This document shows, one piece after another, positions 39,109-48,013 of a DNA stretch of 64,000 nucleotides. The stretch is taken from positions 1,024,001-1,088,000 of the forward strand of contig OX638351.1 of the NCBI GenBank assembly GCA_951813565.1, read 5' to 3'. A program made the translations under genes and the position numbers. How positions within the stretch are numbered: the stretch's first letter is position 1; each line of letters opens with the position of its first letter. This DNA is from an uncultured Poribacteria bacterium (lineage in GTDB: Bacteria > Poribacteria > WGA-4E > WGA-3G). The notes under the pieces are model-generated. The model was not told the origin of the DNA and searched no databases. It saw only the letters and a program-made list of their open reading frames with translations.

Positions 39109-41928
39109 TTATGACTCAGAACGTTCAAGACGGAGCACGCCGCGATGTTCTGTGCCAACGAAGAAGGCATCTCCATCAACAACGAGAGTATTAATCGTAT
39201 CCGGAATTTCAGGTACAATTTGTTCCCAAGTCCCTGTTTCCTTTTTGAACTGATAGATGCCGTCATCATTCGCTCCATAAACAGCATCCTCTGCTGTTGC
39301 TAACGACTTGATGATTACGGTTTCCCCCGTTTTATCAGTAATTGCATTCCAAACAACACCATCTATTGAATTGAAAACGCCTTTGTCGGTTGCGACGTGA
39401 ACCGTTGAGTCGGTAATGACAATCTGATTGTAGTGTTCAACCGACTGCGGCAAGTTTGATGTCCTGTCGTTCCAATTATCACCACCATCAAGCGATTGAA
39501 AGAGTTGTCCATCTCGCTTACCGACGTATACTGTTTCATCCGATGTAGCAAGTTTAAAACCTCGCGCCATATTTTCATGTGTGAGTTCGCAAGTTTCCTC
39601 TACACCTGTATCGGACCATCTTGTGTCACCAGGTTTCCATCGGAAGAGTTTATAGTTGTACTCCATGTAGTACGTTTCTCCACTCACCGCGAAGTTGCCG
39701 TATAATCCTTCCAACATCAATTCGTAAGCCAGCTGATGATCACCTTGTACTTGACCCAATAGTTTTAAAAAGCGTTCTGCACCAAATTTTGGATCATCCC
39801 GTATTATCTGAGTGGATAAAGACTCAGAATCGTCAGGATCTGTAGAGGAGGTAGAGGAAAAGGAAATCAGTACCGCTTGTCCCATGAGTCGATCAGAATC
39901 GAAGGGAAATGTTGCTTCACCAAAGACAGTCCACATAAGTCTTGCTGAATCTCGCGAAGGTGGTGCCGTTCCCTCAACAGGTCTTAAACAATATTCTCCC
40001 TCAACAGCAACTAAGCAGTTTTTTTCGGGAACGAAACGATAGTAAGCCGTTTCATTATTACGTCGAATTCCTTTAGCATACAGAACACCGTTGTCTTCGG
40101 AAATCTGCACAATTCTCGGTGTATATTCTGTATCTTTAAATTTTGTATTGAATTTTGGTATTTCAGTAGTAACCCTTGGCAAGTCAATCTCCACAGTAGA
40201 CCATGAACTCCCTGCGTTTGTTGATCTGACCACACTCCCAGCAACTGTCGCGTAGAGTGCATTTGGTATATTTGAATCTGGATCCGCATTCAAGCTAATT
40301 AGGTTTTCCACACGACACGCAAACCTTGTATTGAATCGGTGCCAAGTTTCACCGCCATCCGTTGTACGATGAATACCAGAAATTCCACCAGTATAAGAGG
40401 TGGTTTCGTTTAATGCTACAGCACAGTTTACGCTAAACTGCAATGGTGCGATACCAGACTGTTCTATAGTTTTCCAAGTGTTTCCACAATCAGTTGAGCG
40501 TGCTACAATTCCATCCTCGCCACCTACCAGTAAGAGTGTTTTCCCTGATGAAAGAAGTATTATCGGAGGTAAGGATCTCAATATTTTTTCCCGGGCATCC
40601 GTAGGCGTTATATCAGTCCAAGAATTTCCACCATCGGTTGATCTGAATACCCACCATGAATCCTTGCTGATATCACACAAATTATGGTAATTTTCTGTAG
40701 GTGTTCCGTCACCCTCCATTATATTTACCGATACTGCGGCATATATTTGGTCTTCGGTCACCTCCAGAGAATTTACAATCACAATATTGTCTACTGGTAA
40801 GGGCAGGTGTTCCCAAGTTTCAGAGTTATGACGGTATACTCCCAGAGATGTTCCAGCAAATAAGGTGTCTTGGCTGACTCGTAATGTCCTAATACCTGAA
40901 TTCTTTGTCACACGTTTGTCAAAACCCTCGTTCATGTCTATCCACGACTTTCCAGCGTCTTCGGAACGGAAAATACCATGATTTAGAGCGATGTAAAATG
41001 CATCTTCTGTGATCAACAATTCCCTCACATGCCCTTCTGGACAGGGCCCGACAGAATTCCAAGTTTCACCGCCATCAGTTGAGGCAAACATTTCATGAGA
41101 TGGGATAATATAAACCGTTCCATTGTGTTCAGCAATCGGAATACTACCCTTGGTCTTTTCAGGGAAAAAATCCGAGTTAACGGGTTGCCATTCATTTTCA
41201 TTCGCAGGTAATTTGTAGATGCTCTCATAACCCATCACCGCATAGAGTGTCCCATCCGATGTTTTAGCTAATGTGCCTACTGAAGCGGCAACACCGGGTT
41301 CATTCATCTGAATCCACTGCATAATATTCTCTGTAAGATTTTCTGGCAATTCAAAGCCACCTAATGTTTCGCGAACCATTAATTCCTCCTCCTTTAATCG
41401 TTTTCTTGCCCGATGAAGTCTGCTCTTAATCGTATTCACCGGAACATCCAAAAACTCGCTAATATCTTCACAACGCATTTCACCGAGATAGTGAAGCGTA
41501 ATCACAGTATATTCATTCTCAGGCAGTTTATTGAGAAGATGTTTCACTACCTCATGCCGTTTTTCATCTGCGGTAACTTCGCGTTGTTTATCAAGATATT
41601 GGGTATAGAAAATTTTTTCTAACTCTGCTTCAGGCATAGTATCAAGAGATAGAATCGGTAGCTGCGTTTTTCTATAAGAAGCTAAACAACAATTCTTCGC
41701 AATAGCATGTAACCATGCAGCAAAACGGTTCGGATCTCTAAGTGTCCAAAGCTTTTGATAAACCTGAAGAAAGGTGTCCTGCGTAATCTCTTCAGCGAGA
41801 TGGAAGTCACCTAACTTCCGCCATGCAAACGCATGCACCTGCTTCTGATATTTTTCTACCAAAACAGTAAACGCGTTTTGTTCACCACTGAGGGTCTCTT
41901 GAATTAATGTAACATCGTTATTTTGCAT
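39109..41928 (-). CDS. ECF sigma factor fused to a long BNR/Asp-box beta-propeller region
   Basis: Region 2 (AEEITQDTFL..Y..FAAWL) and region 4 (ISEFLDVPVNTIKSRLHRARKRL), then many S.DGG.TW repeats. Confidence 0.92.
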   Translation of the reverse strand: MQNNDVTLIQETLSGEQNAFTVLVEKYQKQVHAFAWRKLGDFHLAEEITQDTFLQVYQKLWTLRDPNRFAAWLHAIAKNCCLASYRKTQLPILSLDTMPEAELEKIFYTQYLDKQREVTADEKRHEVVKHLLNKLPENEYTVITLHYLGEMRCEDISEFLDVPVNTIKSRLHRARKRLKEEELMVRETLGGFELPENLTENIMQWIQMNEPGVAASVGTLAKTSDGTLYAVMGYESIYKLPANENEWQPVNSDFFPEKTKGSIPIAEHNGTVYIIPSHEMFASTDGGETWNSVGPCPEGHVRELLITEDAFYIALNHGIFRSEDAGKSWIDMNEGFDKRVTKNSGIRTLRVSQDTLFAGTSLGVYRHNSETWEHLPLPVDNIVIVNSLEVTEDQIYAAVSVNIMEGDGTPTENYHNLCDISKDSWWVFRSTDGGNSWTDITPTDAREKILRSLPPIILLSSGKTLLLVGGEDGIVARSTDCGNTWKTIEQSGIAPLQFSVNCAVALNETTSYTGGISGIHRTTDGGETWHRFNTRFACRVENLISLNADPDSNIPNALYATVAGSVVRSTNAGSSWSTVEIDLPRVTTEIPKFNTKFKDTEYTPRIVQISEDNGVLYAKGIRRNNETAYYRFVPEKNCLVAVEGEYCLRPVEGTAPPSRDSARLMWTVFGEATFPFDSDRLMGQAVLISFSSTSSTDPDDSESLSTQIIRDDPKFGAERFLKLLGQVQGDHQLAYELMLEGLYGNFAVSGETYYMEYNYKLFRWKPGDTRWSDTGVEETCELTHENMARGFKLATSDETVYVGKRDGQLFQSLDGGDNWNDRTSNLPQSVEHYNQIVITDSTVHVATDKGVFNSIDGVVWNAITDKTGETVIIKSLATAEDAVYGANDDGIYQFKKETGTWEQIVPEIPDTINTLVVDGDAFFVGTEHRGVLRLERSES

Positions 41929-41957
41929 AAGTGCCTCCTAATGGATTTCCCTTATGA

Positions 41958-41990
41958 TATAATGATACATGCAAGAAGGAAAAGGTTGCA
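41958..41990 (-). promoter_or_regulatory. Putative ECF-type (autoregulatory) promoter
   Basis: Minus strand TGCAACC-ttttccttcttgcat-GTATC upstream of the AGGAGG SD. The AAC -35 motif is typical of ECF promoters. Confidence 0.4.
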
Positions 41991-42090
41991 TAAAATGCAA
42001 ATTTTTTTCAAATTCTTCCGAAAAAGGCGTGTAAATATATTCTCAATAGGTAGGATTGAGGTGTATTATACGAGGATTCATTGGTTTTCT

Positions 42091-42388
42091 GTCTGAATCG
42101 CGGATTATGCGGATTTCACAGATTGCGCGGATTTTGGGCAAACCTGCTGTTATAGTAGATTTTACAATTGCTTATACGATGCAACAGACGAGGTTATATC
42201 AAATTAACTTGATTAGTATTTTTAGATAACGTTGGCATTGCGAGGCACGGGGACCTCTCGCTACAGATCACGTTAATTTGGTATTAGTACCTCACCTACC
42301 AGCCAATGTAAGAGGCGCAATGAATTGCGCGACTACAAACATTGATACTCTTAAAATCCGCGAAATCCGCATAATCCGTGATTCAAAC
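42091..42388. repeat. CGGATT-rich long inverted-end element containing nested MITEs
   Basis: TGAATCGCGGATTATGCGGATTTC... and ...AATCCGCGAAATCCGCATAATCCGTGATTCA. Same family as 59412-59594. Confidence 0.65.
42197..42283. mobile_element. IS630-end MITE (family B), 87 bp
   Basis: TTA[TATCAAATTAAC...GTTAATTTGGTA]TTA. Confidence 0.78.
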
Positions 42389-42422
42389 AACAAGTGCGAA
42401 TTGAATTATTTATGTATACCCT

Positions 42423-43052
42423 TCATATTTGTACAAAGGTATCGTAAATAACTTGTGCTTTTTCAAAATCTTCTGGTGTGTTGACGTTGAAAAACGAGTA
42501 TCCTTCAGAATCATACGTTTTCCAAATTTCTGGGGCAAGTGTGAGGACATTTGCTCGTTCCTGTAGGGCATGGACGCGCAAGTCAGGTTCACTTAGCATC
42601 TGTTCAATAATCGGCAGACAACGTTTAGAATATACCGCGCACAGTGTTTGGAGGGTAATTTGCACATCCTTGTTGTGTGAGGAGGGTTCTTTGTCCGTAT
42701 AGGGCATTACAGCATCATGTTCACCTAATACAGAGACCAGATAGGAAAGCAGGTTAGGCATAAGGAAGGGATTATCACAGCCAACACAGATCACTGTTTG
42801 ATGCGAAGCATAGGACAAACCTGCATGAATACCACCTAACGCCCCGGCATTTTGAATAATATCACCGTGCATGTCGATATCAAGATGTGAAAATTCATCA
42901 GGACTGTTTGTGATTAACAGGAGTTCATGTGTGATGGATTGCATGCTGCGGATAACATGACCGATGAGCGTCTCATTACTGAGTCGTAGCAGTGCCTTAT
43001 TCTGCCCCATTCGCCGACTCTTTCCACCTGCCAAGATAACGCCTGTTACCAT
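42423..43052 (-). CDS. mobA: Molybdenum cofactor guanylyltransferase
   Basis: GVILAGGKSRRMGQNKA, CDNP and FFNVNTPED. Confidence 0.93.
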   Translation of the reverse strand: MVTGVILAGGKSRRMGQNKALLRLSNETLIGHVIRSMQSITHELLLITNSPDEFSHLDIDMHGDIIQNAGALGGIHAGLSYASHQTVICVGCDNPFLMPNLLSYLVSVLGEHDAVMPYTDKEPSSHNKDVQITLQTLCAVYSKRCLPIIEQMLSEPDLRVHALQERANVLTLAPEIWKTYDSEGYSFFNVNTPEDFEKAQVIYDTFVQI

Positions 43053-43069
43053 CTACTTTTTTCTCAATT

Positions 43070-44449
43070 CTAATCAACAAGACTCGGTCCATACCGACTA
43101 TTCATCAGAGAACGCAATTCTTCAACAAGCTTCTTTTCGGAGTCAGCGATATTGTGCAATTCGTCTGGATCCTCAACGAGATTATACAGTTCCACGAATC
43201 CATCACTGCTTTCTATTAACTTATGTGTTTGTGTCCGAATACAAGTGAAGTTTCCGAGTCTGCTAACCGTTTCTGAACGATGTGTTTCAGTTTCTCCACG
43301 CACCACTGGTCCGATTGATTGTCCGTCAATATTCTCTAAAACTGGTACTCCCACCAAATCGCAAATTGTAGGATTAATATCAATGAGTTCTACCAACTCA
43401 TTTGAGACACGATTGCCTTCTATTCCCGGTCCGACTACAATAAGCGGAACCCGCAGCGATGCCTCATAAGCCGTGCTTTTTGTGTAAAGTCCATGGTCAC
43501 CGAGCATTTCTCCGTGGTCGCTTGAATAGATAATATAGGTATTGTCAAGCATACCACGTTCTTCCAACGCACGCAACATATTCCCAATCTGATAGTCAAT
43601 CAGTTCAGTTGCCGCGCAATACTGTTGGCGCGTAACCTTAACTTCTTCGGGACTGATATTAACGGTACGTTTTTTTACCCAATCGGGTTTTCCTTCCATG
43701 TCATCCACAATAGCACTTGGCATATCTGCATTTCGGTATTTATCACCGTATTCAGTGGGCGGATCAAACGGGTCGTGTGGTCCAACGAAACTGACGAACA
43801 GGTGCCACGGAAAATCATTAGGGATATTTTCAATAAACTCGGTTGAACGTCTGCCGATATATGAATCCTCAAAATCCTCAGTCGGAAGCACGGAGTCATA
43901 CGACCCGTTTTTTATCCATCCACCAGAAGAACGCCGGTTGCGGTAATCTTGATGAAATTTCTCTAACAATCCTTTTTCTTGTAAATAGTGTGTATAGGGT
44001 CCAATAGGTGTTGCGGAGCCGCCAGCATGCATCTTTCCTTCGCATTCTTCAGGATGCGTAAATCCCCAGTTGTAAGTGCGCGGGCGATCACCGTAGCGAC
44101 CATTATATCCATCCGGTTTTGCAAGGTCAAGTTTGCCGACACATCCTACGCGATATCCATGGTCTCGGAGCTGCTGATAATATGTCGGGATAGAAGTTGG
44201 GTAAAAACTACCATTGCTTAGAGAACCTAAACGCGAGGGTTGTATTCCAGACGCTAAACCTATCCGGGATGGTGCACAAACCGGGGCATTTACTGTGCAG
44301 TTTGGGAAATTTACACCCATTTCTGCTAATCTGCGCATGTTTGGTGTGTTAAGTGCTTCAGGGGCATTCTCATGCGTTTCCAGATAGTCATATCTATGCT
44401 GATCTGACATGATAAAGAGAACGTTTGGTTTATCGGTTTTTCTGTTCAT
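43070..44449 (-). CDS. Sulfatase (choline-sulfatase-like)
   Basis: PNVLFIMSDQHR, CAPSR, PHDP and SDHGEMLGDHG. Confidence 0.93.
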   Translation of the reverse strand: MNRKTDKPNVLFIMSDQHRYDYLETHENAPEALNTPNMRRLAEMGVNFPNCTVNAPVCAPSRIGLASGIQPSRLGSLSNGSFYPTSIPTYYQQLRDHGYRVGCVGKLDLAKPDGYNGRYGDRPRTYNWGFTHPEECEGKMHAGGSATPIGPYTHYLQEKGLLEKFHQDYRNRRSSGGWIKNGSYDSVLPTEDFEDSYIGRRSTEFIENIPNDFPWHLFVSFVGPHDPFDPPTEYGDKYRNADMPSAIVDDMEGKPDWVKKRTVNISPEEVKVTRQQYCAATELIDYQIGNMLRALEERGMLDNTYIIYSSDHGEMLGDHGLYTKSTAYEASLRVPLIVVGPGIEGNRVSNELVELIDINPTICDLVGVPVLENIDGQSIGPVVRGETETHRSETVSRLGNFTCIRTQTHKLIESSDGFVELYNLVEDPDELHNIADSEKKLVEELRSLMNSRYGPSLVD

Positions 44450-44457
44450 ATTTCCTC

Positions 44458-46443
44458 TTAGTTTTCACGATCTTGTGGTGTTGAATTGTTGAGTTCTTGA
44501 AGCTGCTCCTCAATGAAGGCTTTGAGATCATCTTGTTTCTGCTGTTCGGCAAGTTCTAAAGCAGTTTTGAGATTATTTCTAGCTTCTTCAACGTTACCTA
44601 AATCCGCCATTATAGCAGCACGATGAGCATAGGCTTCTGTAAAATCAGGTTTTATGCGAATAGCCTCAGTATAATCCGCAAGAGCATCTTCATACTGCTT
44701 AAGTATAGTTTTCAACATTCCTCGACTATCGTATGCTTTTGCATAGTCCGGACTGAGACAGATTGTTTCATCAAAATCCGCAAGAGCATCTTCATACTGC
44801 TCAAGCATAACTTTCACCAATCCTCGGAAATTGTATGCTTCAGCATGATTTGAGTTGAGGCGGATTGCTTCATCAAAATCCGCAAGAGCATCTTCGTATT
44901 TTTCAAGCTGGGCATATACATATCCTCTATCATAATATGCGTCCGCATTATTTAGATCAAGATTAATTGCTTTATCATAGTCCGCAAGAGCATCAATATA
45001 TTTGCTAAGTTCTTTATTTGCTTTTCCTCGAAAAAAATGACCTTTTGCATTTTCAGGATCCAAACGAATCACCTGGTTAAAATTCGATAATGCATCAGTT
45101 GGTTGCCCAAGAACACCGTATGAATATCCACGCAGATTATAGGCTTTCACAAAAGCTGGATTTATCTGAATTGCCTCGTTGCAGTCGACTATAACAACAT
45201 CATGTTTATCTAGTGAATTATTTGCAAGAGCACGGTTGAAGTAAACATTAGCAGAGTTAAGTCCTAACTTGATTGCTCTATCAAAATCGGCAATAGCCGC
45301 TTGGTGTTTGCCAAGCCGATTTTTAGTAATTCCTCTTGTGTAATAGCCTTGAATAAAATTTGGGTTTAGCTCAATGGCTTTATCAAAATCAAGAATTGCA
45401 GACTCGTGCTTATTTAACAAAGTCTTTACAAGTCCTCTTAGATGATAAGTATGGACATAATCTGGATTCAATTCAACGGCTTTATCAAAATCAAGAATTG
45501 CAGATTGATATTTCTCTAATTGACATTTCGCCAATCCTTTACCGACATACGCTTCTGAATTATTCGATTTCAACTTAATTGCATGATCGAAGTCAGCAAT
45601 TGCAGATTGGTAATCATTAAGTTGAAGTTTCGCCATTCCTCTGCAGCAATAGGCTTTTGCATAACTCGGATTTAACTTAATCGCATGATCAAAATCGTTT
45701 TTAGCTGATTTAATTTGACTAGATTTGCCTTTTGCACAACCTCTGTTAACGTAAAGTTCGGCAAAATCAGGAGCAAAACTGATTGCTTTTCCCAAGTCAG
45801 AAATCGCTTCATCGTATTGGCAAAGTTCCTGCAGTAAGTCACCTCTATTGTTATAAGCTTCCCAAAAATCAGGTTTCAGAGTAATCGCTTTACCATAAGC
45901 AGAAAGAGCTTGCTCTGTCCTTTTCCCTTGATAGAGTAGAAAACCAATGCCAAAAAAGGCATAAGCAGCGAGTTTATCTTCAGTTCCAGTTTTGGTTATT
46001 CCTTCTTCTGCTAACTTTGTATTCTGTTCTGTCAGCTTTGGAACATAAGTATCCTCGTAATCGTTAATGAGGCGAATAATGAATTCCATCAATGGAGCCA
46101 AGAGGTGATTTTCATTCTCACCAACAGAATAGATTAATTCTTCAAGCACATTATCAAGCCACTCATACTCGTTTTCTGTCAAATTGATGACACCATAGTG
46201 TCCATGGCGGTTTCCGAAATCGGTTAATTCATCAAGTACTTCTACTAACCATTGATAGGCACTTTCAGGGTAGGTTGTGAGGACGGCAGGAACGGATCGG
46301 CGAATATGTACCTGAATCTGGGTCGGTTCAGAACTCTCGAACAATTGAGAGTTACTTGTTAGCCCATCAGGAAGTATGGTATCTGAACCCAAATCCGATA
46401 GCATTGAAGACGTATTAAATGTAGGTTGTGTTTCTATCAACAT
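44458..46443 (-). CDS. HigA-like module fused to a long TPR array
   Basis: Residues about 88-135 (TENEYEWLDNVLEELIYSVGENENHLLAPLMEFIIRLINDYEDTYVP) resemble the N-terminal half of HigA antitoxins. About 14 TPRs (AY.NRG...A..DF..AI.L.P) follow. No HTH seen. Confidence 0.85.
   Translation of the reverse strand: MLIETQPTFNTSSMLSDLGSDTILPDGLTSNSQLFESSEPTQIQVHIRRSVPAVLTTYPESAYQWLVEVLDELTDFGNRHGHYGVINLTENEYEWLDNVLEELIYSVGENENHLLAPLMEFIIRLINDYEDTYVPKLTEQNTKLAEEGITKTGTEDKLAAYAFFGIGFLLYQGKRTEQALSAYGKAITLKPDFWEAYNNRGDLLQELCQYDEAISDLGKAISFAPDFAELYVNRGCAKGKSSQIKSAKNDFDHAIKLNPSYAKAYCCRGMAKLQLNDYQSAIADFDHAIKLKSNNSEAYVGKGLAKCQLEKYQSAILDFDKAVELNPDYVHTYHLRGLVKTLLNKHESAILDFDKAIELNPNFIQGYYTRGITKNRLGKHQAAIADFDRAIKLGLNSANVYFNRALANNSLDKHDVVIVDCNEAIQINPAFVKAYNLRGYSYGVLGQPTDALSNFNQVIRLDPENAKGHFFRGKANKELSKYIDALADYDKAINLDLNNADAYYDRGYVYAQLEKYEDALADFDEAIRLNSNHAEAYNFRGLVKVMLEQYEDALADFDETICLSPDYAKAYDSRGMLKTILKQYEDALADYTEAIRIKPDFTEAYAHRAAIMADLGNVEEARNNLKTALELAEQQKQDDLKAFIEEQLQELNNSTPQDREN
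44674..44994 (-). repeat. 102-bp periodic DNA repeats within the TPR array
   Basis: (A/G)TCCGCAAGAGCATC at 44674, 44776, 44878 and 44980. Confidence 0.85.
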
Positions 46444-46598
46444 AGTTTACCTCTTCCAGCTGTCTCTATCATATTCTTCGTGCGTGAGTAAGTGCCTAAT
46501 AGAGACTTCCTGTTTTCTATAATTGATAAATGCGATAAGACGTACATTCCTACCGATGTTGAAAACTGTCAATGTTGTTCTTTCCCCTGGATGACTAA

Positions 46599-47751
46599 TA
46601 CCAAATTAACGTAAGTCATATTGTGTTTTCCATTTTGCAAATCCACTGAAAACCGACATGTTCTTGCACCTTCTTTCTGTTTTTGGAGAACCACTGACAC
46701 CTTTTCACAAGCACTTCTTCAAGGTCTGATAGCGTTCTAAAAACTTTATTGGCAACCACCTCTCGCAACAGAGGCCATAGCCGTTCGGCAGGTTGAAGTT
46801 CCGGTGTATACGGCGGTAAAAAAAATAACTCAATACCTTGTGGGACATCTAAATCCTTACCCGTGTGAAAACCGGCACGATCTAATAAGAGGATTATCTG
46901 TTTCTTGCCTTCCGGGTTTACATCCCGAGCAAACTCTGCCAACGCAAGGTTCATCACTTCAACACTCACACTCGGCATCAGAAGCCAATAAGTCTCACCC
47001 GTCTGTGGACGGACAAAACCGAAACCATAAAGCCATTTATATGACGGACACACCGAGGCTGTCGGTCTTTCACCTTGCTTCGCCCAGACACGCCGATGAA
47101 CCGGCAATAATCCCACGCGTGCCTCGTCTTCTGCCCAGACTTCTACCGATTTCTCCGGGTGCTGACCTTCAAGCTCAGCTACCCGCTCCCTAAGTTTTTT
47201 TTTAATGCTTGCTGCTCATCTGGTGTTGCAGCTGACTGATGTTGAGGACGAGGTGTTTGTAAAGTATAACCGAGACGCTTGAGATATTTCCAACCTGACA
47301 CATTACTGACAGGACGCTTGAGTGTCTCGGATATCCACGCAGCCACCTTCGGACCTGTCCACAGACCGCCATCAGCAGGAGGCGAAGAAAGTGCAGCTTC
47401 AAGGGCTGCTTGCTGTGTTTCATCCAAAATACGCTTGCGTCCATTGTTTTTGCGTTTGTCTCGCATAGCTGCTTCGCCTTCAGCGTTGTAGCGTTTGAGC
47501 AACTTCCGAACCCAGTCCGGCGTGCATCCTACAATCTCAGCAACTTCGCGAGGTGTTCGCGGATGTGTGGTATCAGCAAGAAGCCAAATAATATGCCAGT
47601 GCGTCCGTTCAATAGGACATTCACATTCAAGATACCTTTGTTTCAGAACTTCTACTGAAAAGTGAGGGGAAACCCCATGTTTTTTATTTTTCATCTGATC
47701 ACAATAACACATCCAAAAAATAAATGCAAGAACAATCATATTAATATGGTA
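46599..47751 (-). mobile_element. IS630-family insertion sequence (1153 bp)
   Basis: Ends TACCAAATTAA / TTAATATGGTA, flanked by a TAA duplication (46596-46598, 47752-47754). Confidence 0.93.
46616..47739 (-). CDS. IS630 transposase, two ORFs joined by an A9 slippery site
   Basis: HTH ORF (GLWTGPKV..LKRLGYTLQTPRP) and DDE ORF (AEDEAR, LDRAGFH, LPPYTPELQPAERLW). A9 run at LKKN (plus-strand T9 near 47195-47203). Confidence 0.9.
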
Positions 47752-47984
47752 TAAACTTTCCTGGACTTACTGGGACCGAATCTGCTTGAGGGAACGTTGC
47801 ACGTAGATCAACAATAGATTCGAAAGTGCCTTCCTCCATCAACCCATACCACCGCTGAAGTCTTTGTCTTGCAGTTGAATGTTTCTTTGTAAATTGATCA
47901 AGTTTTCTTTGTCCGGTGATACGCATTCGTAATCTGGAGTTGATCCTCTCTATGTGTATTTACTGCAGACCTCTATTTAAAACT

Positions 47985-48013
47985 ATTATACCATACAAAA
48001 ACCACATTGTCAA
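47985..48013 (-). promoter_or_regulatory. Consensus sigma70 promoter of the higB-TPR operon
   Basis: TTGACA-N17-TATAAT with extended TG (TGGTATAAT). Confidence 0.7.

Larger units (their letters stand above)
46447..47926 (-). pseudogene. higB: HigB-family (RelE superfamily) mRNA interferase gene interrupted by IS630
   Basis: 5' half MRITGQRKL..W..F.S..DLRATFPQADSV (47755-47926). 3' half LTVFNIGRNVRLIAFINY..V.IRHLLTHEEYDRDSW (46447-46598). Removing the IS and one TSD copy restores a 107-aa frame. Confidence 0.92.

Noticed and set aside
44674..44994. Periodic DNA repeats as a CRISPR array or DGR template
   Set aside because: The 102-bp period equals the 34-aa TPR unit inside a coding frame, and no reverse transcriptase is in the window.
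47741..47926. Stand-alone 61-aa protein
   Set aside because: It is the 5' half of higB. The last residues (IPY*) come from the IS630 end.
47966..47985. CCTCTATTTAAAACTA resembles the 3' half of a preQ1-I riboswitch, and queF is nearby
   Set aside because: No upstream AGAGG pairing strand, it is ~850 bp from queF, and it overlaps the higB promoter region on the other strand.
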